In this document: positions 20,920 through 32,562 of the stretch, one piece after another
Position numbering within the stretch: position 1 is the stretch's first letter
Layout of the letters: each line of letters starts with the position of its first letter
DNA from: Octopus bimaculoides
Taxonomy: Eukaryota
DNA length: 32,562 nucleotides
Direction: 5' to 3'
Assembly (NCBI RefSeq): GCF_001194135.2
Contig: NC_068981.1
Location: 113,264,665 to 113,297,226, forward strand
Translations under genes and position numbers: made by a program
Notes under the pieces: generated by a model
Seen by the model: only the letters and a program-made list of their open reading frames with translations
Told to the model about the DNA's origin: nothing
Databases searched by the model: none

Positions 20920-23900
20920 TCCCACACCCTTAGGGTTGACACGCTCAACGTGGGCACACTGAAAGGTAGGTCTGGTGAGATTGTTGAGATGCTGGAATGG
21001 AGACATGTAGATTTGTGCTGCATCCAAGAAGTAAGGTGCAGAGGAGGTTCTGCTTTGTTTCTCACAGGCAAAGAACATGGGCAGAGAACAGTGACAGGGT
21101 CGGGGGCATGGGTATACTTCTTGCAGAGAAATGGGTTGATAATGTAATCGAGGTAGTCAGAGTCTGCAATAGAATATTTAAGATTAGATTAGTGCTATAT
21201 CATGGGTTAGCAACCATTATTTCAGCCTATGCCCCTCAGCTGGGGCTACCTGATGGACAGAAAGACTCCCTCGTTGACGAATGACTGGGACCTTCTCTTT
21301 GTGGCTGGTGACTTCAATGGACATGTTGTACAACATGCAGGGCCTTCCATGGCGTACATGGAGGCTATAGTTTTGGTTCCCACAATGAGGAGGGAGCCAG
21401 ACTGCTGAAGTTCTGTGATGCAAATGATCTTATGGTTTGCAATACTAACTTCAGAAAACCTGCCAGTCACCTATTCACCTACTAATCTGGTAGACACACT
21501 AGCCAAATTGACTACATCCTTGCCAGAAAAAGGGAAAGATGGCTGCTTATGAATGCCAAAACCTTCCCAGGTGAAGAATGTACCCCACAACATAGACTAG
21601 TAGTTAGCAACTTCAGAATCAGGGTTAAATGGATGCCCAGAAGACGACCAGCATGGAGGAGAAGGGTCTGGAATCTTAAAGATCCTGTGAATGGACAGAG
21701 ATTTAGAAACATTACTTAAAGCTTTTGACAAAATAGAGGGGGATATAGCATCACATGATGTGGAAGACAACAGGAGGTTTCTATAGGACAATCTCTTGAG
21801 GGCCACTGACCAGATCTGTGGATGGTGCAAAGTCCCTTCTCGACCCAAGGTGAATTGGTGGTGGAACAATGTTGTTGATAGGGCCATTAAGGAAAAGAAA
21901 CAGGCTTGGAAGGATTGGAAGAACAGTGTTAGCAGGGAATTGTATCAGACTTCCAGAAAGGAAGCTAAGAGACAGGTTTATTTAGCCAGAGGGCAAGTAG
22001 ATAAGAAAAAATTTGCCAATGTTCTGTGTTGTGAGGATCAAAGACTTGAGGATTTACTTGTTGCAAGACAGTGTGTGAGAGAGAATAGTGATGTCGTAGG
22101 AGAGAAATGTGTCCGCATGGATGATGCTTCACTTGCATTAAATGAGGCTGCAAAGAGAGAAGTTTGGAGACACCATTATGAAAAGTTACTAAATAAAGAG
22201 AATGAATGAGAGAAAGAGAGTCTGCCAAATGCTGACCCAACATAGGGACCAGCTATCCAAATTAACAGTACCTTGGTAGATAAAGCAATTAAGGGTATGA
22301 AAACAGGGAAGCCCCTGGCCCATCAGAAATCACCGCAGAGATGCTCAAACTATCTGGCGGTGTTGGCTATAGCTTGGTCACCTGTATAGTTAACCAGGTG
22401 ATACATGAAGGAGTCATACCCAATGACTGCTGTAGCAGCACCATAGTCAACTGCTACAAAGGTAAAGGTGATGCTTTAGATACAAATAATTACAGAGGTA
22501 TCAAGTTGTTGGATCAGGCAATGAAAGTCACGGAGAGGGTCATAGCCCAACTAATTAGGGAGAGAGTCAGTTTAGATGAGATGGAGTTTGGGTTTGTGCC
22601 AGGGAAAAGCACCACTGATGCTATATTTCTGATTTCTGGTAAGACAACTGCAGGAGAAATACCTGGCTTTCATTGACATGGAGAAAGCCTTTGACAGGGT
22701 CCCCAGATCCCTTATCTGGTGGTCAATGAGGAAACTTGGGATAGATGAATGGTTAGTGAGAGCTGTGTGAGCCATGTACAGGGATGTTGTTAGTAAGATG
22801 AGAGTTGGCAACAAGTACAGTGAAGAATTCCGGGTAGGGTAGGGGTCCACCAAGGATCAGTCTACAGCCCCCTCTTATTCATCATAGTCCTCTATGCTGA
22901 TGACCTTGCTCTGATTGCTGAGTCACTATCAGAACTAGAGGAAAAGTTTCAGGAGTGGAAGCAAGGATTAGAATCGAAGGCCTTCAGAGTCAACCTAGCT
23001 AAAACCAAAGTCTTAATTAGTAGGAAGGCAAACAAACCACAAATCCCTTCAGGTAGATGGCCCTGCTCAATCTGTAGAAAAGGCATAGGTAGAAACTCCA
23101 TAAGATGTACCCAGTGTAAGCTATGGACACATAAGAAGTGCAGCAATATCAAAGGAAGACTAACTGGGAAGGTAGTTTTTGTATGTGCTATAAACACTGA
23201 AAATGGACAGAGAACAGCTTCTGTCACATTCCAGGGAGAAAAACTACAAGTAGTTGATAGGTTCTCTTATCTAGGGGACCAAGTCAGTATTGGGGTGGAT
23301 GCTCTGAAAGTGTAGCTGCTAGAATAAGTATAGCCTGGGCAAAGTTCAGAGAACTCCTACCTCTGCTGGTGACAAAGGGCCTCTTGCTCAGAGTAAAGGG
23401 TAGACTGTATGACACGCATGTATGAACAGCCATGCTACATGGCAGTGAAACATGGGCCATGACTGCTGAGGACATGCGTACGCTTGCAAGCAATGAAGCC
23501 AGTATGCTCTGCTGGATGTGTAATGTCAGTGTGCATACTTGACAGAGTGTAAGTGTTCTGAGAGAAAAGTTGGATTTAAGAAGCATTTATTGTGGTGTGC
23601 AAGAGAGACGACTGCGCTGGTATGGTCATGTATTGCAAATGAATGAGGACAGCTGTGTGAAAAAGTGTCACACCCTAGCAGTTGAGGGAACCTGTGGAAT
23701 AGGTAGACCCAGGAAGACCTGGGATGAGGTGGTGAAGCATGACCTTCAAACATTAGGCCTTACCAAGGCAATGACTAGTGACCGAGACCTTTGGAGATAT
23801 GCTGTGCTTGAGAAGACCTGACAAGCCAAGTGAGACTATAATCCATGGCCTATGCCAGTAGGTGTAATCAGCTCACTTATGAGTACCCCTCATTCATTGG

Positions 23901-24409
23901 ACAATAAACTTTGCTTGTGAAGACCTATTGAGGCAAGTGAAATCAAAATCAAAATCACTGACGTGGCTGATGACAGTACCGCCTGATTGGCACTCATGCC
24001 AGTGGAATGTTAAAAGGATCATCTGAGCGTGGTCGTTTCCAGGACCGCCGATGGGCTCCCATGCCAGAGGCACATAAAAAGCACCATTCGAACATGATTG
24101 TTGCCAGCTTTGCCTTACTGGCACATGTGCTGGTGGCATGTGTAAAGCAACATTTGAGTGTGGTCATTGCCAGTGCCGTCAGACTGGCTCCTGTGCAAGT
24201 AGCACATAAAAAACCCCTTTTGAGCATGGTCGTTGCCAGAACCACCCGACTGGCCCTCGTGCCGGTGGCACGTAAAAGCACCCACTATACTTTCGAAGTG
24301 GTTGGCCAGATCAATTAGAGCCTGGTGCAGCCTTCTGGCTTGCCAGTCCTGAATCAAACCGTCCAACACATGCCACCATGGAAATCGGACGTTACACGAT
24401 GATGATGAT
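20920..24409 (+). mobile_element. Near-full-length decayed RTE-clade LINE (APE plus RT, single ORF now fragmented)
   Basis: TLNVGTLKGRSGEIVEML...CCIQEVR, SAYAPQ, GDFNGHV, IDYIL, PQHRLVV (APE); YRGIKLLDQAMKV, FGFVPGKSTTDAIF, FIDMEKAFDRVP, GVHQGS, LYADDL (RT); RRLRWYGHV. The 3' UTR has tandem units and a (GAT)n tail at 24398-24409. Many stops and frameshifts. Confidence 0.92.
24025..24283 (+). repeat. Four diverged tandem units of about 65 bp in the RTE 3' UTR (a more degenerate fifth unit at about 23959-24024)
   Basis: The unit consensus is roughly gagcgtggtcgttgccagtgccgc.ggactggc.cc.gtgc.ggtggcacataaaaagcaccattt. Two related units occur at about 4605-4725 in the other RTE copy. Confidence 0.8.
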
Positions 24410-24410
24410 A

Positions 24411-24750
24411 TTCATTTCAGTCATTGTGCTGCAGCCATACTGAAGGACTACCTTGAAGGATTTAGTCAAACAAATCAACTCCAGTACTTAATTTTAAGTC
24501 TTGTATCTAGTCTATGAGATATTTTTGCCAAACCACTAAGTTACAGGGGACATAAACGAACCAACAACAGTTGTCAAGCAGTGATAGGAAAAAAAACAGC
24601 ACATATACATACACACATACATATATACAACAGGATATTTCCAGTTTCTATTTTCCAGATCTACTCAAAAGGCTTTCATCAGCTTGGGTGTACAGTAGAA
24701 AACACTTGCCATGCAATGGAATTGAACCCACTATTGATGCATACCAGCTA
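24411..24750 (-). mobile_element. Decayed tRNA-derived SINE (octopus-type)
   Basis: B-box-like GGGTTCAATTCC on the minus strand (24729-24718) and an internal (CA)/(TA) tract. The body (cagtcatt...ttagtcaaacaaatcaac...ccactaagttacagggga...gttgtcaagc) resembles an abundant octopus SINE as I recall it. No family name is assigned. Confidence 0.65.
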
Positions 24751-24899
24751 AAGTTAGTCTGATTTCAAACAAATTTTCTGAAGAACTTACAGCAATCCTG
24801 TAACTACAGGATTGTTGTAATAGCCCACCATCTGATCTAAGTAACACTTTCAAAATACATTTCCTCGCTTTTTGTGTATTTATTCATTTACATTGAAGC

Positions 24900-27139
<2,240 letters not shown>

Positions 27140-28431
27140 ATGGCAAAATATCACAAGCAAGTGAATCTGAATATGACCCAAAATTTAAAAAATAATTGCA
27201 GGAAACTCAGAGCGAGTTAAGAATAAGGTACACATGAAAGGATTGTCACCACAAGTTATGTTCTACAGTTTATGTTTCAGTGATATGACAAGAAGTTCAT
27301 ATAATAAAATCTAGTACACTTACATTATCTGTGAAAATATTAGCATGAAATAGTTCATAATTTATATGCAACAATATAAACTTCACAGTGTGTATGTTAA
27401 TATAAGAATATGTGTGTTTTGCAACACTGTTATCTTTCTGTGTATATGAATATAAGAATGTGTGTATGACAACATTGTTATACCATATATGTTAATGCAA
27501 GAATACATGTGAGTATATTATGGGTTTGAGTTTTCATGACACAAGGAATCCTCTTGCAATCTTTTTGACTGTGGTGAATGTCCAAAAATGGTTCCTTATG
27601 TTCAGAAAAAGAAGTTCAAATTAAGCTTTCTGATTTCTGAAAAAGGCAAGCATGCCAACAATAACATTCCTATTGTCTGAAAATAACCAGTAAAAATGCA
27701 TTTAAAGTGCATCAATCAAAATAATAAATTCTTCCATCTTTGATTTTGTTTTGTTAAATGATATTAAGTACATGATAGCTTCTGATTAAGCTGAAAGTTG
27801 TATTAGTTGATAAACTCATAAATGAAATTGCAAGTCACTTTTATAAGAGTCAAAAAATAATGCAAATAAAAATTGCATTACTTTCTGACTTACCCTCATA
27901 TATAAAAAGGAACACTTTTCAAAAGTGTTGCTTGATTGTTTAATATACATTTCCACCACAAATTTATGATTATGAGTAGCAGTAGCCATAAATTAGTTTG
28001 ATGACAATCTCGTTCAATTGAATAAATCAGATGATACTCAGTGATTTCTTAATTAGAGTATAATTAAGTCTCTTACTCTGATGCATAATGTACATAGATC
28101 TTGAGATTCAGGTATCCAATAATCTATCTTATTGGTTGCAAATGAGGCTAATGCTGCTACTGTTGTTCTGTGCATGAGGAGATTTTTTTAAATATTTCTC
28201 TTGACTGAATAGGTGGAGGATAATCTTCTTATGACAGTATTGTAGTAGCTTTCTAAGGTGTTGCAAATGTGTCTAGGAATTTCAGGATAATTATACATTT
28301 ATTGATAGATTCAGTTTCCAGCAACAATAAACTATTCCGCTCACATGTCCAGGTCATCTTTCATTTTCTATATTTTGTTTTCTTTATTTTATTTCTAGTG
28401 TTTCTTTGCAGAGAGATAGTAAAAATAAATT

Positions 28432-29762
28432 TGTAATCCTTTCGTTTGACTGCCCACTCTGGTATAGCAGTATTGTTAGTTAGACAAGTAAGACCATGAC
28501 TATCTATGACCGTCTATTTCTGTACTCTCTCCTCATACTGACACTGACTTAGAATATTTATAATGACTACCACATACCATTCGTCATGTGGGAGGGTTAT
28601 ACCATTATGACTTTTATCCCCATAACATCTCCCCTTTTAAGTTTTTCTTTTTTCTAAGGGAGTGTAATTTTATTTCTTTTAATAACAGTAATTTTTACCC
28701 TCCTGCCTTTTTTGAGTTGTTTTTCAGACAGTTACACATCTAATATTTTTTCATTTGTCATCCACTTCCAGGGACTCCATACATTTTCTTTTTCTTACAC
28801 TTTGTAGTAGTGTTGGTACTTGAAAAGTATCATATAACCATTCCATTGGTTCTTCCACTCTCTTGGGCTTGTTCTCTTAAATTTTTTTTTTTTTAGTTGG
28901 TTGATGTCTCTTGTATACTCCTTTTCTTCCTTTCACCAAGTATAGTATTTTTCTTATGCATTTGGTAATCACGTCATCTTCCCAACTTTGTTTTCTGTTC
29001 TTATATGCCCCAACAAATACCTTTTCACCAATTCTGAAATATCTTGCTGTATTTTCCATTGCAATTTTTCTTTTCTTGCCAGGTAGCAATTTGTCGAAGA
29101 CTTATTTTATTTTCTTTGCAAACATCAGCTTTGCTGGTGACAACCTGCTGGTGTATTTGGATTTGATGTCACACAGTATACTCTTAAGAATTGTTGTAGA
29201 GCTTCCTTATTCAACTTTCTAAGGGCCCTCTTGAAAATATTGATAAAGTGTTCTGCTTGTCCATTATATCTGGGATGGTATGGCATCGTGGCTACATGTT
29301 CCACAGCAAACATTTTACAAAACTTTTTAAACTCAAAAGACACAAATTACATTCCATTATCAGACACTATTATGTCTGGGATGCAAAAATCTCACAAACA
29401 GCTCATGTAGAAAATTTGTGGTAGTTGAGGAGGTTGGCTTTTTATACTTAGAAATTTCTGGCCATTTAGAGAAACTATCTACTACTACTAAGAACTAGCG
29501 AAATCGAAGTGTAGTTTCAATCAAGGTTCTCTTTTTATCATCGGTAATTTTGCCACTAGAGCACATCCTCTACACTAAACTTTCACATCCTTTCACTAAA
29601 CTTTCCATTTCTCTATCCATTTTTGGCCAGTACATGTAGCTACTATCTGTGACCCTCTACTTCCATACTCTCTCCTCATGCTGAGTCCGACTGATAGTAT
29701 TTATAATGACTAGCACATACCACTGGGAGGGTTGTACCATTATTACTATTATCCCCATAACA
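28432..29762 (-). mobile_element. Internally deleted Ty3/Gypsy LTR retrotransposon with 5-bp TSD
   Basis: TSD AAATT at 28427-28431 and 29763-29767. Full 196-bp LTR at 28432-28627 (TG...CA) with PPT AAAAGGGGAGA adjacent on the minus strand (28638-28628). Partial second LTR at 29643-29762. Integrase remnants: SYMYWPKMDREMESLVKGC, LHFDFA, VVDSFSKWPE, IVSDNG, PYHPRYNGQAE. Confidence 0.9.
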
Positions 29763-30214
29763 AAATTATTGGTCCACATGTACACTTTTGTGTCAATCAA
29801 ACTTGTACAGGCGCCCATGAGTGTTTTAACTATGTTTAGGTATTATTTTGATGTCTGTACTATGTCTCCTCTGTGTGACATAACTCTTGTAGAAATGTTC
29901 TATTTAATTCCTATTTTTGCTACCTCATTTGTTTGAATGTGCCTGATGTTTTCAAGTGTTGCTATATGTTTCAATGGTTTTTTAAAATTTTAAGTAAACA
30001 AAACATTGTAAGGGACAAAGAAAATTTAATGAATACAAATATTTCTCCATTACCTGGACATATTCCCACTGTGGTAGAAACAAAATGCAGATTAAACAGT
30101 GCTAATCTAGAAGAAACCCAATGAAATGTCATAACCTTAAGAATTTAATGGAATTTAACTTTTGCTTTTCACAGCATACATATACTAGTTTCATTAGTTT
30201 ACTTTATCAATCAG

Positions 30215-30469
30215 GGTACTGCAATCAAAATTGGAGAGAAAGAAGTGCCATACAATCAGTCTTTCCAGTTGATCTTGCACACAAAATTGGCAAATCCTCA
30301 TTATCAGCCAGAGATACAAGCAGAAACAACGCTGATTAACTTCTCTGTCACACGTGATGGTCTTGAAGAACAGTTACTAGCTGCTGTAGTAAGTAAAGAA
30401 CGACCTGACTTGGAGCAACTGAAATCCAGCCTTACTCGCCAACAGAATGAATTTAAAATAACTCTGAAG
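30215..30469 (+). CDS. DNAH9/DNAH17-like: Dynein heavy chain exon E: AAA5 C-terminal part and start of strut/buttress
   Basis: Acceptor atcaatcag|GGT and donor AAG|gtaaaa. 255 bp, phase 0-0. Translates [55 protein letters not shown]...[10 protein letters not shown]. The junction IKK|[10 protein letters not shown] matches the recalled IKKGRFIKIGDKE. Confidence 0.96.
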
Positions 30470-32562
30470 GTAAAATCTCTTTGAAGTATTACTGTTTTAA
30501 GCTTTTGAATGCATATTGTTATTACAATGAGTTAATGAAGCAGCGATTATGTGGTTTCTCAGCCTAATAGTAGTAGCTGCTAAATATCCCTCAAGTCACA
30601 CCCTAGCAACTAATTATCCAATGATCTTTTCATACAAAAGTAAAGAAAGGTTAATGTAGTCGTAGATATCTCTAAAAAAGGATAAGTTGATCATGGTTAA
30701 TATGCTTTCAATAATAGCTCTGCTAGGTGAGGGTTGATTTAGGGTTAAACAGCAACAATATTGTAATGATAGTATATGAAATTGTTTGAATTGTAAATAT
30801 TTTCATAAAGTATCAAATAACTCTGTTATATATTTTAGATGAAATTAATTCATATTAGTGATATAAATGAAGTTAATATTATCACCATTCACTTAAAATA
30901 ATGGGTTTATTCACTCAAAATATTTAATATGTAGTAATATATATAGTATAGTAATTGATTTAAATTTTAGAATTAAGTTTAGAACAATAAGTAAAAATAT
31001 AAGTTTGATAGTTCTACACAAACAGTTGCTGAAACATTCTTATAAAAAAAGAAAAGATGGAGAAAAAATGATATGTTTATCATGCAAAAAAAATATTAGA
31101 GCTAATTAATATATCAAATAAAGGTGAGTGCAGTTCTTTAATTTTCTAATATCTATTTAGGATTTTATTGTATTTACATATCAATATTTTATATTTTTTA
31201 ACTAACACATGATTTCATCCTGCTCAGCATATTTTTTGTTTGGGATATACTATTCAATTAGTTTAAACTCCAGTGATAAAGCCTAAGAAGCATTATTTTT
31301 TTAAACTATCAAAACACTTTCATTAAAACATACATCCTTACTCAAATACACAAATATACTGGTGCCAAGCTGTATTGGCCTTTGCCTTTCCTTTGGATAA
31401 CATCAGTGGTGTGGAGAGGGGAGGCTGGTATGCATGGGTGACTGCTGGTCTTCCATAAACAACATTGCCTGGAGGGTAACTTTCTAGGTACAATTCATTG
31501 GTCATTCATGACTGAAGGGGGTCTTTACCCTTTACATAAATATCAAGGGCATGCTGTCTGGACAGCAAAGTGAACAGTGTCTAACCTGACTTAAATTATA
31601 AATTTTATTAAATTTAAAAAAAGATTCTAATTCCTTATTAAAATGCTAATTTAACGCAGAGAATTCAGGGTTTAATTCACTAAATAACTAATATTTTGAT
31701 GTTAAATGTTCACAATTTCCTTGTAGCTTTTTATACAACGTATCAACTAGTCTCATGATTGAAGCTCTAGTTTTATCACTGTCTTTACAGAATAAGGATG
31801 GGAATATGTGTGATTGAGCTCATTTTTAGAGACATAATTTATTTCATGTGTCAGCAAAATATAGTATTAATATATATATATATATATCATCATTATCATC
31901 ATTGTCCTCATTATTTTACTACTTTCCCTCCACCCCATCTTTATACCCAAGTTTTCGCCAGTCACTGCAGTTCCCTCTCCCTACTTGCATCTTCTTGGCA
32001 ATACCTGGCCATGTATATTATGACCTCCACACCTTGAGGGCATGCCCTGGCAATTGCCACCATTTATTTCTCTCTTTCTTCTACTGTCTCATCTATACTC
32101 TGATCCTTGTTACTTGTGAGCATATCCTGGCACTTCTCAACCATCTCTCTCTTGCTCTCTCTTGCACTTTTGCTGTTTCCTAATCTCTCTCTTTGTCTTT
32201 CCCTTGCTCTTCCCTCTAGCTGGGTAGCTATGTATCTCCTCTACAGCAGCACACCTGTTTCTGCTTTCATTCTTTCATTTTCTCTCTTCTTTTGCTTTTC
32301 CCTCTGGCTAGCTAGGTAACCCAGTATCTCCTTTACATCAGCATACCTGTTTCTTTCTTGCTACTTCTCTCTCTCTCTCTTCCTCTCACTCTCTTTTCCA
32401 CTCACTCTCTTTTCCTCTCCCTCTCTGTTGTATTTCCCTTGGAAGACTCGCAGAGATAACACAACGAGTTGTACAATTTAATTATTACATTTATTATTCA
32501 ATTACATACAAAGAACGCACTCACCCAATGTTCGTTATGAATAAACAAGAATCATGTCCGCT

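Noticed and set aside
23959-24283. Regularly spaced repeats as a CRISPR-like array
   Set aside because: The units are diverged along their whole length with no unique spacers, lie in a LINE 3' UTR, and have no cas genes nearby; the context is eukaryotic.
24700-24760. tRNA gene
   Set aside because: Only a B-box-like motif is present; there is no cloverleaf or clear A box, and it is continuous with a SINE body.
28050-28330. Possible MULE-like transposase fragment (minus strand PEIPRHICNTLESYYN)
   Set aside because: A single weak motif resemblance with no catalytic residues or TIRs; not supportable without a profile search.
30540-30760. Short interspersed repeat fragments here and at about 3760-3790 and 31370-31515
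   Set aside because: They look like repeat-family remnants from recall, but I cannot define termini, tails or motifs from the sequence alone.
32220-32360. Two diverged copies about 91 bp apart in a CT-rich tract
   Set aside because: Low-complexity context, only two units, and no coding or terminal features.

Overview
This is eukaryotic (animal) genomic DNA, not prokaryotic. It is AT-rich and full of microsatellites and transposons. The SINE and RTE-LINE families resemble those I recall from octopus assemblies, so a cephalopod source is an inference. The only host gene is a + strand axonemal outer-arm beta-type dynein heavy chain (DNAH9/11/17 family). Five phase-0 exons are in the window (11349-11609, 12611-12757, 14504-15307, 16084-16224, 30215-30469). 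They splice at canonical AG/GT sites into 536 continuous codons covering stalk CC1, the microtubule-binding domain, CC2, AAA5 and the start of the strut. The gene continues beyond both window edges. Most of the remainder is decayed or nested intronic mobile elements: Helitrons on both strands, a solo-LTR-like insertion with a target-site duplication, two RTE LINEs, a Penelope-like element with a hammerhead-ribozyme relic, a Tx1/L1 LINE, a tRNA-type SINE, an R4/Dong element inside a (TAA)n tract and an internally deleted Gypsy element with a 5-bp TSD. There are four N gaps, and one exact duplication across a 10-N gap is probably an assembly artefact. I found no convincing new multi-gene system. 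The most unusual signals are a 52-bp near-perfect inverted repeat in the 14-kb intron, a PHD-like zinc finger in frame inside an RTE reverse transcriptase, a structured hairpin array in the RTE 3' UTR, and microsatellite-associated retroelement insertions. All family assignments come from recalled motifs; no database search was run.
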